From Aeropyrum pernix K1 (lineage in GTDB: Archaea > Thermoproteota > Thermoprotei_A > Sulfolobales > Acidilobaceae), in assembly GCF_000011125.1 (NCBI RefSeq), contig NC_000854.2:840001-872000 (forward strand): 32,000 nt of DNA, read 5' to 3'. Of the stretch, positions 1 through 9,458 are shown in pieces. The stretch's first letter is position 1; each line of letters begins with the position of its first letter. Under the pieces are notes generated by a model. It saw nothing but the letters and a program-made list of their open reading frames with translations, made no database searches and had not been told where the DNA came from. A program made the translations under genes and the position numbers.

Positions 1-876
1 TAGCACTTTGAAGCCCATCTCCCTCGCCTTCGACGCTATCCTCTCCTTAAGGTCCCTCGAGTATATCGGCAGCTGCTCCCCCTTCCTGGGCCACCGGGGG
101 AGGCGCCGCTCTATCTCGCCCATCTCGACGGCTCCCGAGGCTCTGAGGCGACGTAGTATACCTTCTGCAACGCGGAGGGTACCGAGTACAACCTTGTTCA
201 CGCCAGCCCTGGCAGCCCTCGATAGTATGTCCTCGGCCTCCCTGTCAGTGACCCCCGGGATTATGGGTCTGAGGAACAGGGTGGCGCTCAAACCGGCCTC
301 CACCAGCCTCCCCATGAACTCTATCCTCTCCTCCGGAGGCGATGCCCCCGGCTCCAGAGCCTTCCACCGGCTCAATGTAGTCATGGATACTAGGACGTCT
401 ATCCTCGGGTCGGCAGCCTCTATAAACCTCTCGAGTAGGCCCCCCCTGAGCGCTGTCTTAGTGGATATCTGTTGCGGGTTCCCGAGCCACCGCCTTGTGG
501 ACTCGAGATACTCTATGGCGCGCCAGGCGGTCTCCCTCATGAACGGCTCTGTAACGCTGCCGAAGGCTAGTAGAGTCCCTTTGGGGCCGGGGGCCACGTA
601 GGGGTTTAGGGCTAGGGCTAGGGCGAGTTCGTCGCCTGAGAGGGGGTAGGGCTGGGGCTTGCCCGTGAAGCCCATGTCGTATATATAGCAGTAGAGGCAG
701 CCGTAGCTGCAGCCAACTCCCGTGTGGATAGTCATACCGCAGGGTATTGGCCTCCTGCGGGCGTGCCAGTCTCTAGAGGCCCTCTTGAACCCCTCCTCAC
801 CCACCCTACGCCTCAGCTCCTCGGCCACCAGCCTCTTGATGTGTACCGCATCGACTAGGCTCTTCACACTGTCCAT
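1..876 (-). CDS. Radical SAM protein (SplB / Elp3-like 'DNA repair photolyase'-type), truncated by the left window edge
   Basis: Reverse strand reads MDSVKSLVDAVHIKRL...IPCGMTIHTGVGCSYGCLYCYIYDMGF...; the CSYGCLYC (CxxxCxxC) radical SAM cluster motif is clear. ATG at 876 is preceded by a GGAGGTGG-like SD. The reading frame stays open to position 1. The supplied + ORF 8..601 is its antisense shadow. Confidence 0.85.
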   Translation of the reverse strand, partial: MDSVKSLVDAVHIKRLVAEELRRRVGEEGFKRASRDWHARRRPIPCGMTIHTGVGCSYGCLYCYIYDMGFTGKPQPYPLSGDELALALALNPYVAPGPKGTLLAFGSVTEPFMRETAWRAIEYLESTRRWLGNPQQISTKTALRGGLLERFIEAADPRIDVLVSMTTLSRWKALEPGASPPEERIEFMGRLVEAGLSATLFLRPIIPGVTDREAEDILSRAARAGVNKVVLGTLRVAEGILRRLRASGAVEMGEIERRLPRWPRKGEQLPIYSRDLKERIASKAREMGFKVL

Positions 877-1036
877 ACTAACCGCCACCTCCAGGCTGCC
901 TCAGCCAAATGCCTTCAACTCATCCCCACGGCGTGTCGTAGTCGGGAGTAGACATCATCGGCATGTCCGGGCTGGAGGCCTCCAGGCTCTATTTTTAGAT
1001 TACCCAGGCTATTCTATATACCCCGGCTGGCCGCTC

Positions 1037-3079
1037 ATGCCTCGGGTTAGAGTCGGGGTCGACGTCGGGGGAACCTTTACCGATATAGTGGTGTTTGATG
1101 GGGGCCTCCGGGTTCTCAAGGTTCTCACTACTCCCAAGAGGCCTGTGGAGGGTGTTATGAATGGGCTGTCTAGGGCTCTCGGAACCCTGGAGGGTGTGGA
1201 GGTCCTTGTGCACGCCACCACTATAGGGACAAACTTGTTCCTCGGACAGGTAGGGCTCCAGGCCCCTAGGATCGCACTTTTTGTCAACGAGGGGTTCAGG
1301 GACATTGTGGAGATCGGAAGGCAGAACAGGCCAAGCCTATACAACCCACTGTACCGGAGGCCGAAGCCCCTTGTACCGAGGGATCTGAGGATAGGTGTGA
1401 GGGGTAGGATAGGGCCGGATGGGGTTGAGATAGAGAGGCTCGACGTTGATGCTGTTAGAGAGTGGGCAGCCCGCCTCTGCAGGGAGGGGGTGAGGGTCTA
1501 TGCAGTCTCATTCCTCCACAGCCACCGCAACCCCCTGCACGAGAAGATGGCCGCCCAGGCGGTGGGGGAGGCGTGTCCAGGCGCCTACGTAGTCACGGGG
1601 CACGAGGTGGACCCCCAGCCGATGGAGTATGAGAGGACGAGCACCACAGTCGTCAACGCAGTCCTCAAGCCAATCCTCTCCACCTATCTCCAGGAGCTCC
1701 ACAGGCAGCTCCGGGACAGGGGGTTCAAGGGGGTCTTGCTCGTGATGCAGAGCAACGGGGGGGTGGCCGGTGTTGAAGAGGCTGTTGGGAGGCCCGCCGC
1801 ATTCATCGAGAGCGGGCCCAGCGCGGGAGCCGTTGCCGTGGCCTACTTCTCACGGCTCCAGAGGGTGGATCGGGCTCTCGGCTTCGACATGGGGGGTACG
1901 ACCGCCAAGGCCTCCAGCATAATAGACGGGGAGCCGGAGGTGGTCGACACCTACGAGGTGGGGGGAAGGGTGCACATGGGGAGGCTTATCAGGGGGAGCG
2001 GCTACCCAGTTAGATACCCCCATATAGACCTGGCTGAGGTCAGCGCTGGCGGAGGAACTATAGCATGGGTAGACCCGGGCGGGGCCCTGCAGGTCGGGCC
2101 CATGAGCGCCGGCGCCGACCCCGGGCCAGCCTGCTACGGGCTCGGCGGGTCCAAACCCACGGTAACCGACGCCAACCTCATACTAGGAAGGCTTCCCGAT
2201 GTCCTCGCCGGAGGGCTGAGGCTGAGCCGGAGGCTGGCCGAGGATGCTGTAAAGGGGAGGGTGGCTGAGCCGATGGGGCTAGACGTTGTTGAGGCGGCCT
2301 GGGCTATAGTCAGGATCGCCAACGCCATAATGTCCCGCGCCCTCAGGCTCGTATCGCTCGAGAGAGGCCGGGACCCCCGGGGCTTCACCATGTACGCGTT
2401 CGGCGGCGCCGGGCCGCTGCACGCGGCGGAGCTGGCGGAGGAGATGGGAGTGTCAAGGGTGATAATACCCCCGTTCCCGGGGGTGTTCAGCGCTCTGGGC
2501 CTCCTGGTTGCCGACTATAAGCATAGCCTCCACGCCCCGGTGGCGAGGCCTGCGTCCAGCGTCTCACAGGACGAGTTGGACAGGGTCTTCGAGAAGCTAA
2601 GGGAGAGAGCCGACGAGGTCCTCGCCCGCGAGAGCGTCCCCCCGGAAAGGAGGATCTACAGTATGATGCTGGACATGAGGTACTGGGGCCAGGCTTACCC
2701 GCTCAGAGTCCCCTATAGGGGCAGCCTTGATGACGCTGTCAGGGAGTTCCACAGACTGCACGCCGAGAGGTATGGTTTCGCCAGCCCGGAGGAGCCTGTG
2801 GAGGTAGATGTTGCCAGGCTAGAGGCTGTGGGGCTAACGGAGAAGCCTGTGCTGCAGAAGCCAGTGGGGGCTGGAGAGCCGGCGCCCCGGAGGGCGAGGG
2901 AGGTCTTCTTCGAGGAGGGGTGGCTCGAGACACCCCTCTACAGGTATGAGGACCTCGCCCCCGGCTATAGGCTGGAGGGCCCGGCGGTCGTTGAGGCCCC
3001 GGACTCAACCATCCTCCTGCCGCCGGGGTGGGCTGGGGTTGTGGATGGGTATGGGGCGTTGGTGATGGAGAGGAGGTGA
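1037..3079 (+). CDS. hyuA: Hydantoinase/5-oxoprolinase subunit A (HyuA-type)
   Basis: MPRVRVGVDVGGTFTDIVVFDGG...ALGFDMGGTTAKAS...AFGGAGPLHAAELAEEMG are hallmark HyuA motifs. The track ORF starts at 722, but ATG 1037 begins the conserved domain and follows AT-rich promoter-like sequence (ctatttttagatt). Confidence 0.93.
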   Translation: MPRVRVGVDVGGTFTDIVVFDGGLRVLKVLTTPKRPVEGVMNGLSRALGTLEGVEVLVHATTIGTNLFLGQVGLQAPRIALFVNEGFRDIVEIGRQNRPSLYNPLYRRPKPLVPRDLRIGVRGRIGPDGVEIERLDVDAVREWAARLCREGVRVYAVSFLHSHRNPLHEKMAAQAVGEACPGAYVVTGHEVDPQPMEYERTSTTVVNAVLKPILSTYLQELHRQLRDRGFKGVLLVMQSNGGVAGVEEAVGRPAAFIESGPSAGAVAVAYFSRLQRVDRALGFDMGGTTAKASSIIDGEPEVVDTYEVGGRVHMGRLIRGSGYPVRYPHIDLAEVSAGGGTIAWVDPGGALQVGPMSAGADPGPACYGLGGSKPTVTDANLILGRLPDVLAGGLRLSRRLAEDAVKGRVAEPMGLDVVEAAWAIVRIANAIMSRALRLVSLERGRDPRGFTMYAFGGAGPLHAAELAEEMGVSRVIIPPFPGVFSALGLLVADYKHSLHAPVARPASSVSQDELDRVFEKLRERADEVLARESVPPERRIYSMMLDMRYWGQAYPLRVPYRGSLDDAVREFHRLHAERYGFASPEEPVEVDVARLEAVGLTEKPVLQKPVGAGEPAPRRAREVFFEEGWLETPLYRYEDLAPGYRLEGPAVVEAPDSTILLPPGWAGVVDGYGALVMERR

Positions 3080-3085
3080 TGGGCC

Positions 3086-4774
3086 GTGGGCATGGATAGG
3101 GTTGCCGTGGATGTTGTGAGGCACGCGGCGATATACGCTAGCGAGGAGATGGGCGTCGTCCTCAGGAACACAGCGTACAGCCCCAATATAAAGGATAGGA
3201 GCGACCACACGTGCGCAATCCTGACGCCGGAGGGCGACCTGGTGGCGCAGGCGGAGCACATACCCGTGCACATAGGGAGCATGGCTGTCGGTGTCAAGGC
3301 GGCCGTAGACTATCTGAGGAGGGAGGGCGAGGACCTGGAGCCGGGTGACGTTGTGGCGGTAAACGACCCTTACATCGCGGGAACCCACCTTAACGACGTG
3401 ATGCTCCTCAAACCAGTCTACAGCAGGGGCAGGATGGTGGCTATAGTCGCGAACAAGGCCCACCACGTCGACATAGGGGGCCTGCACCCGGGCAGCATAG
3501 GGGGCTCGGCTAGGGAGCTCCTGCAGGAAGGCCTCATCATACCCCCCGTTAAGATATCCAGAGGGGGGCGTTTAGACGATGGGCTCCTGAGGCTGCTGGA
3601 GAGCAACGTCAGGACACCCCGCTACCTCCGGGGGGATCTGAAGGCCCAGCTCGCCGCCCTCAACGTGGGGGAGAGGAGGGTTGTCGAGCTCGCGTCTAGA
3701 TATGGTGAAGAGTTCCTGCTGGAGGCTTGGCGGGAGATACTGGGGCACGCCGAGGCGTACGCCAGGAGGAGGATCGAGGACCTCGGTGTTGAGGGGGTGT
3801 GGAGCGCTGAGGATGTCCTCGAGCTTTCCGGGGGCGAGGCCGTGGTGAAGTCTACCCTATCGATACTCCCCGGGGGCAGGGTTAGGGTCGACTTCACCGG
3901 GACCTCACCCCAGGTGGATGAGCCGGTTAACGCCGTCTACGGCGTGACGGTCGCGGCCACTACGTTCGCCCTAAAAACCGTTGTAGACCCCGATATGCCG
4001 GTCAACCAGGGGTTCTTCCGGGCCGTGGAGATAGAGGCCCCCGAGGGTAGCCTAGTCAACCCGCGCAGGCCTGCTCCTGTCAGCGGTGGGAACACGGAGA
4101 CGAGCCAGAGGATAGCTGACGTCGTGTTCATGGCACTGGCTAAAGCCCTCCCGGGGAGGGTGCCGGCGGCCAGCTGTGGTAGCATGACGAACGTTATGCT
4201 GGGCGGGCCGGGGTGGGCCTTCTACGAGACTGTTGCCTGCGGGGAGGGGGCGAGGCCTGTGAGGGACGGCTACGATGGTGTGCACACTAACATGACTAAC
4301 ACTCTAAACACCCCGGTAGAGAGGATGGAGACCGAGTACCCCGTCCTCTTTGTCAGGTACGAGCTTAGGGCCGACAGCGAGGGCCCGGGCCGCTGGAGGG
4401 GTGGCCTGGGGGTGGTTAGGGCTTTCAAGCTGACTGGGGGTAGGGCGACGCTCACGCTGTACGGGCAGAGGTGTAGGACGAGGCCGTGGGGGCTTGAGGG
4501 CGGGTCTCCAGGCGAGCCCGCGGCCCACTACCTTGTTAAGAAGGACGGCTCGAGAGTAGAGCTGGGCTGCACAGCCACCGTCGAGATAGAGGAGGGCGAC
4601 ACGGTCTACATACAAACGCCTGGGGGAGGCGGCTACGGCGACCCCTGCATTAGGGATAGAACTCTTCTTGAGCGTGACTTGAGGGAGGAGAAGGTGTCTC
4701 CCGAGAGGGCGGCCTCCAAGTACTGCTACAACATTGGTGAAGCTCGAACCGAAACTGCACAGGCCGACCCCTAG
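3086..4774 (+). CDS. hyuB: Hydantoinase/5-oxoprolinase subunit B (HyuB-type)
   Basis: AEHIPVHIGSM...VNDPYIAGTHLNDV...VANKAHHVDIGG...QTPGGGGYGDP motifs; directly downstream of hyuA. Alternative ATG start at 3092. Confidence 0.93.
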   Translation: MGMDRVAVDVVRHAAIYASEEMGVVLRNTAYSPNIKDRSDHTCAILTPEGDLVAQAEHIPVHIGSMAVGVKAAVDYLRREGEDLEPGDVVAVNDPYIAGTHLNDVMLLKPVYSRGRMVAIVANKAHHVDIGGLHPGSIGGSARELLQEGLIIPPVKISRGGRLDDGLLRLLESNVRTPRYLRGDLKAQLAALNVGERRVVELASRYGEEFLLEAWREILGHAEAYARRRIEDLGVEGVWSAEDVLELSGGEAVVKSTLSILPGGRVRVDFTGTSPQVDEPVNAVYGVTVAATTFALKTVVDPDMPVNQGFFRAVEIEAPEGSLVNPRRPAPVSGGNTETSQRIADVVFMALAKALPGRVPAASCGSMTNVMLGGPGWAFYETVACGEGARPVRDGYDGVHTNMTNTLNTPVERMETEYPVLFVRYELRADSEGPGRWRGGLGVVRAFKLTGGRATLTLYGQRCRTRPWGLEGGSPGEPAAHYLVKKDGSRVELGCTATVEIEEGDTVYIQTPGGGGYGDPCIRDRTLLERDLREEKVSPERAASKYCYNIGEARTETAQADP

Positions 4775-4835
4775 GGATGAAGTGTTCTACACGTTTTGAA
4801 CCCCGAACCGCTATGCGTAGGGCTGGTGGCGCGTT

Positions 4836-5147
4836 ATGGCGTTCGCCATAGCCAACTACATAAGGGCGGAGACCCCCGAGGCCTTCGACAAGGTCATAGA
4901 AGCATTCACAGGGAGGGCAGGGCTTGTCGAGCGTATGGAGGGCTTCCGCTCCCTCCAAGTGCTTGCTAATAGGGACAGGCTCGAGGTAGTGGTCATTACA
5001 GTCTGGGAGTCCAGGGAGCATTTCGAGAGGTGGGTGGAGAGCAGGGAGTTCGAGGAAGCCCACAAGAGGGCCCGGAGGAGGAGGCTGGAGGGCACAACCT
5101 CGGAGGGCGTGGAGTACGAGGTCCTAGACTTCACCTGCAGGGGCTAG
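4836..5147 (+). CDS. Antibiotic biosynthesis monooxygenase (ABM) / HmoA-like dimeric alpha-beta barrel protein
   Basis: 103 aa; fold-typical ...FTGRAGLVERMEGFRSLQVL...VVITVWESREHFERWVESREFEEAH... Confidence 0.75.
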   Translation: MAFAIANYIRAETPEAFDKVIEAFTGRAGLVERMEGFRSLQVLANRDRLEVVVITVWESREHFERWVESREFEEAHKRARRRRLEGTTSEGVEYEVLDFTCRG

Positions 5148-5168
5148 GGCTAACACGGCCCTAGGCCC
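5144..5168 (+). terminator. Putative hairpin at the 3' end of the ABM gene
   Basis: CTAGGGC(5144-5150)-taacacg-GCCCTAG(5158-5164), extendable with one bulged G by GGG(5141-5143)/CCC(5166-5168). It overlaps the stop codon. Confidence 0.35.
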
Positions 5169-5230
5169 AGCCTACGGTGGGCGGTGTTAAACCCCTCCCC
5201 ATTCACATAATTACATGAGGTGCGGCTGGC

Positions 5231-6256
5231 TTGAGCGTGCTTGAGACTCTCAGGGAGCTGGTGTTCACCCCTGGCCCCAGCGGTTTCGAGGACCTTGTGA
5301 GGAGCGTCGTCGTCTCAAGGCTCAGGGAGCTTGGGCTTGACCCTGTTGTCGACGAGCTTGGAAACGTTGTTGTGAACCCCTCTGGAGGGGAGCCGAGGCT
5401 GTTGGCCGCGGCCCATATGGACGAGCTGGGCTTCGTAATAACTGGCGTTGGGGACGACGGCCTCCTGGCGTTCAGGAAGCTTGGCGGGATAGACGACAGG
5501 ATACTTCCAGGCCAGCACGTCGAGATCCTCCTGGACGGGGGGGCTAGGATAGAGGGAGTTATAGGCATTACGCCACCCCACCTGCAGCTAGACCGCGGGG
5601 AGGCTGAGAAGCCCCTCCGCTGGCACGAGCTCAGGATAGACATTGGAGCCCAGTCAAGGGCGGAGGCCGAGGAGCTGGGGGTCAAGCCCCTGCAGCCAGC
5701 GGTGTTCAAGAAGCATTGGAGCACTCTCGCCGGGGGGAGGGCCCTCGCCTCCAGGGGTTTCGACGACAGGGCTGGTGTAGCACTCCTCCTAGAACTCGCC
5801 AAGAGGATCGCGGAGGGTAGGGTGGATGCCGGCGGCATCGCCCTAGCTTGGACAGTCCAGGAGGAGGTGGGGCTAAGGGGCGCCAGCTACGTGGCCTCCA
5901 GGATGAAGCCCAAGGCCTTCCTGGCTGTAGACACCATGGCCTGCTGCCACCCAGCCGTCACGGGGCACACCAGGCCGGGGGGAGGGCCCGTGGTCAGGGC
6001 CTTGGACAACCAGCACATCACCCCACGCTGGCTAGTTGAGCTCCTAGAGGAGGCGGCCAGGAGCGCTGGGCTGGAGCTTCAATATGCTACGGCGGGTGGG
6101 ACGACGGATGCAGCGGCCTTCCAGAGGACGGGGGTGCCCAGCGCCGCCATAGGGATCCCCCTGAAGTACACCCACAGCACAGCCGAGGTCCTCTACCTGA
6201 GCGACCTAGAGGGGGCTCTCAAACTCCTCGAGCACCTGCCCGGGCGGCTGGGCTAG
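5231..6256 (+). CDS. M42 family metallopeptidase (glutamyl aminopeptidase / deblocking aminopeptidase-like)
   Basis: LVFTPGPSGFEDLVRSVV...LLAAAHMDELGFVI...SRGFDDRAGVALLLEL...WTVQEEVGLRGA...TGHTRPGG...TTDAAAFQRTGVPSAAIGIPLKYTHSTAEV; TTG start. Confidence 0.92.
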   Translation: MSVLETLRELVFTPGPSGFEDLVRSVVVSRLRELGLDPVVDELGNVVVNPSGGEPRLLAAAHMDELGFVITGVGDDGLLAFRKLGGIDDRILPGQHVEILLDGGARIEGVIGITPPHLQLDRGEAEKPLRWHELRIDIGAQSRAEAEELGVKPLQPAVFKKHWSTLAGGRALASRGFDDRAGVALLLELAKRIAEGRVDAGGIALAWTVQEEVGLRGASYVASRMKPKAFLAVDTMACCHPAVTGHTRPGGGPVVRALDNQHITPRWLVELLEEAARSAGLELQYATAGGTTDAAAFQRTGVPSAAIGIPLKYTHSTAEVLYLSDLEGALKLLEHLPGRLG

Positions 6257-7902
6257 CGGCCCAGCATCTCCCGGGCGGATCTCGCCATCTTGAGGGCGAG
6301 CTTTTCAAGGCTGAGTCTCCTAGGCTTCTCCACCCCCAGGTCCTCGAGAAGCCTCCTTGATGCCAGCCAGCCCGGCAGCCCCGACACACCGCCGCCGGGG
6401 TGGCTGGAGGCGGAGGCTAGGTAGAGGCGGTCGACGCCCGGCAGGGTGTAGCCGGAGGCCTCTGGCAGTGGCCGAGAGGAGTATAGCTGGTCGAGCCTCA
6501 TGGAGATGTGGAATATGCTGCCTCCAGGGTTCCCCAGCCCCTCGTAGTCTCTGGGAGTGAGGACCTCAACCCTAACCCCCTCCCTCGGCAGGGTGAAGAC
6601 GCTTTCCAGCACTCCGAGCCCCCTCTCTGCAACCTCGCTTTTATCCTCCTCACCCCAGCTCCTGGCGGGCCTCCACGTGTACTGGAGGAATATGCTGGCG
6701 AGTATCCACCCCTCGGGGGCAAGCCCCGGGTCAACCCTGTTCAGCACGTTCACGGAGAGCCAGGGCTCCCTGCTAACCCCCCTTGAGACGGCTTCTCCGT
6801 AGGCCTTTTCGGCGTACTCCATCCCCGGCATTGTTATAACGCTGCTGGTGTAGAGGTCCTCGCCGAGCCACCTATACTCCTCCGCCGGCTTCAGGGGCTC
6901 CCTGGCCGCGAGCACTATTTTTGACGATGCTCCCGATGATTCAAGAGTCCTTATCCTCCTAGCAAGCCCCCTGTCGAGCTCGACCACGCTGGGTAGTGTT
7001 TTGATGCTCGCGGCCCACAAGACTGCCTTCCTCGCCCTATACACCCTGCCATCCCATGTCCTCACCCCCACGGCCCTCCCACTCTCCACGAGGACCTCCG
7101 ACACCCTGGCGCCCGTCTCGATTGAGGCCCCCGCCTCCCGAGCAGCCTCGGCGAGGGCATGGATTAGCCTGCCCATGCCGCCCTTGACGTAAGCCCACTC
7201 TCCCCTCCTACCCGTGGAGACTCCGAGGTAGTGGTGCGCCAACACAATCCCCGTGCCCGGCGTAGAGGGGGCGGCCATCTCCCCCACCAGGGCGTCCTCC
7301 ACAAGGGCCGCCCGGGCCTCCCAGCTCTCGAACCACTCCCCCAGTATCCTGGCCGCCGGGGCTGTGAGCATCCACTGGGCAGCCTCTAAGGCCTCCTCCA
7401 CAATCCTCCCCACCAGCGGCGTCCTGGCAGCCCTGTAGGCGTGCTCCACAACCTCGCGAGGGCTGAGGGGAGGGTGGCTGTAAACCTCCTCAAGCAGCAC
7501 ACCCAGGGCGCTCCAGAGCCTAGCCCACCTTAGATAGGCCTCTCCATCCGCTGGCGAAACCCTGGAGAATTCTCTCGAGGTCCTCCGGGCGTCTCCATAC
7601 ACCCTCAGAGCCCTGCCCTCACCCAGCACCACCGTCATCCCAGGGTCTTTAGGCAGCAGCCGTACCCTACCCTCGATGCCCGCCTCCCTCATAAGCCACC
7701 TGGGGTAGAGGCCGAGGACGTACGCCCCGAAAGGCGCTGTGAACCCGGGCCAGGGCGAGTAGGAGGCTGCAAGCCCTCCAAGACGCTCCCTGGCCTCGAG
7801 GAGGGCCACCCTCAGGCCGCGCCTGGCCAGGACGGAGGCGGCTGTCAGCCCATTATGGCCTCCCCCCACTACAACAACGTCGAAAACCCTCTCGCCACCC
7901 AA
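6253..7902 (-). CDS. Phytoene dehydrogenase-like FAD/NAD(P)-dependent oxidoreductase
   Basis: FDVVVVGGGHNGLTAASVLARRGLRVALLEARERLGGLAAS (Rossmann GxGxxG and GG motif); C-terminal LPGVDRLYLASASSHPGGGVSGLPG typical of the family. Confidence 0.9.
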   Translation of the reverse strand: MGGERVFDVVVVGGGHNGLTAASVLARRGLRVALLEARERLGGLAASYSPWPGFTAPFGAYVLGLYPRWLMREAGIEGRVRLLPKDPGMTVVLGEGRALRVYGDARRTSREFSRVSPADGEAYLRWARLWSALGVLLEEVYSHPPLSPREVVEHAYRAARTPLVGRIVEEALEAAQWMLTAPAARILGEWFESWEARAALVEDALVGEMAAPSTPGTGIVLAHHYLGVSTGRRGEWAYVKGGMGRLIHALAEAAREAGASIETGARVSEVLVESGRAVGVRTWDGRVYRARKAVLWAASIKTLPSVVELDRGLARRIRTLESSGASSKIVLAAREPLKPAEEYRWLGEDLYTSSVITMPGMEYAEKAYGEAVSRGVSREPWLSVNVLNRVDPGLAPEGWILASIFLQYTWRPARSWGEEDKSEVAERGLGVLESVFTLPREGVRVEVLTPRDYEGLGNPGGSIFHISMRLDQLYSSRPLPEASGYTLPGVDRLYLASASSHPGGGVSGLPGWLASRRLLEDLGVEKPRRLSLEKLALKMARSAREMLGR

Positions 7903-8047
7903 AGAAGCACACCCGGGATATTAGGTGGCCGTGCCCCGTTGATAACCTGGGCCTCCATCTCCCACTCCCCCCTTATTACCTGGGGTGGCTAAGGATGCAT
8001 AGACGGGTTTCGACCTCTTACTAGCGTTCCAACAGGCCTGCTGGCTT

Positions 8048-8746
8048 GTGCGGTGTTGCATGATGGCGGACGGCCTTCCACGGGATGACTTGAGGGTACT
8101 ATTCGACATTCTAAGCAGAGGGTTTAGGAGGGTCTTCCTAAGCTACATACTCTTCCTCATGGTTCTTGTGGTGTGGCTGGGCGTTCTAGGGGCTTTCCTG
8201 CTAGTGGGGTTAACGTTCGAGGCCCTGCTAGGCTCCGGCCTCGAAGCCTTCACAATACTCGGTGTGGTCACCGCTCTCCTAGCCTCTGTTCTGTTGCTGG
8301 TAATAGCCGGCTACATCTTCTACCGTGGCGCGGTGGATATCAAGGACGGTGTGGCCAGGGTCGGAGAACCGCGGGTGAGATCCGACCTGGCCCTGGGAGC
8401 CGAGCTGCTGTATATCGGCGGAGTCCTGACGCTGGTCGGAGCTGTGTTAACCATAGTCCTGGTGGGCGTTCTGATACTGGCTGTGGGCAATATTATAGCC
8501 TTGATCGGAATAGGCGTTATAGCATATAGGCTCCGAGGGGTTCATCCAGAGCTCGAGACGCCTCTGAACATAACTCTAGTGGGTGTGGCCCTCCACCTCC
8601 TGAGCTACATACCAGCCCTATCCATAATGCTGTTGCCTGCCGTGGTCCTCGAGATAATTGGCTTCCGCATGGTATACACCACGTCAGGGAGGCTCCTAAA
8701 GGAAGAGGGGCAACCCGGGGTCGGGGGCGAATCCACGGCTTCATAG
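8048..8746 (+). CDS. Uncharacterised multi-pass membrane protein (possibly DUF996-like)
   Basis: Several long hydrophobic segments; N-terminal FDILSRGFRRVFLSYILFL. ATG 8060/8063 is a more plausible start than GTG 8048. Confidence 0.7.
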   Translation: MRCCMMADGLPRDDLRVLFDILSRGFRRVFLSYILFLMVLVVWLGVLGAFLLVGLTFEALLGSGLEAFTILGVVTALLASVLLLVIAGYIFYRGAVDIKDGVARVGEPRVRSDLALGAELLYIGGVLTLVGAVLTIVLVGVLILAVGNIIALIGIGVIAYRLRGVHPELETPLNITLVGVALHLLSYIPALSIMLLPAVVLEIIGFRMVYTTSGRLLKEEGQPGVGGESTAS

Positions 8747-8759
8747 CTGGGGGGCGAGG

Positions 8760-9434
8760 TTGGGGTTGGAAGCCGAGGGTCAGCGTGGCGAGGATGCTAT
8801 GCCCGTGCTCCTGGGTGAGTTTGCAGGGCGCATGCTCGTAGCACTCGCCGTAGCCTCTGCCTCAATACTTCTGGCTGGAGGGTCGATCGTTAGCGTGAGG
8901 GTGGCTGGGCTTCTGTTCGGCTTTCTGGCGGAGGCCCTCGGCCTCCCCGGGATTCCCATGGATATTGTGGATGCCGCGGGTGAGATCGCCTTCAATCTAG
9001 TCCTATCCGTAGGCGGACTTACCTCGTCGCTCATAGCCTACGTGGGCTCCAGGGAGCTGGAGAGGGCTTTACGCCAGCTTCCCGGGGGGAGGGCTGAGGA
9101 CCTGGGTCTCCCAGTCCTACTGCTCAAAATAGGGTCTATAGCCGCCATTGCCGGCTCCGTCCTCCTACTGCTCGGCGCCGGGCTAACCCTGGCCACGGCC
9201 GGGTTCATAGTGTTCCAGGCGGGCCTGGCTATCATGGCCTATGGGGCGAGGAGCCGCGGCGGCCCAGACACCTCTATGACTCTACTCCTCGTAGGCGCCT
9301 CACTGGCGCTCATTGGGGCGGCGGTGGGTGTTAGTGCAGCAGTTCTCGCAGGGATGGCTATAGAGGCCGCCTCCTTCTACAGGCTCCGCAGCCCGCCGAG
9401 CGGCGGTTCTAGGCTGGAGGGCGAAACTTTATGA
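8760..9434 (+). CDS. Uncharacterised multi-pass membrane protein
   Basis: 224 aa with multiple hydrophobic stretches; closely follows the preceding membrane protein and precedes reverse gyrase. Start uncertain (TTG 8760 or internal ATG). Confidence 0.65.
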   Translation: MGLEAEGQRGEDAMPVLLGEFAGRMLVALAVASASILLAGGSIVSVRVAGLLFGFLAEALGLPGIPMDIVDAAGEIAFNLVLSVGGLTSSLIAYVGSRELERALRQLPGGRAEDLGLPVLLLKIGSIAAIAGSVLLLLGAGLTLATAGFIVFQAGLAIMAYGARSRGGPDTSMTLLLVGASLALIGAAVGVSAAVLAGMAIEAASFYRLRSPPSGGSRLEGETL

Positions 9435-9458
9435 TTCTGGGCCCCCGGCATTTTATGG

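Noticed and set aside
8-601. 197-aa + strand ORF
   Set aside because: Exactly antisense to a radical SAM gene on the minus strand with a clear CxxxCxxC motif; a composition-driven shadow ORF.
7921-8109. 62-aa minus ORF overlapping the 8048 gene start
   Set aside because: Short, no motif, overlaps a better-supported membrane protein; not enough to call a gene.
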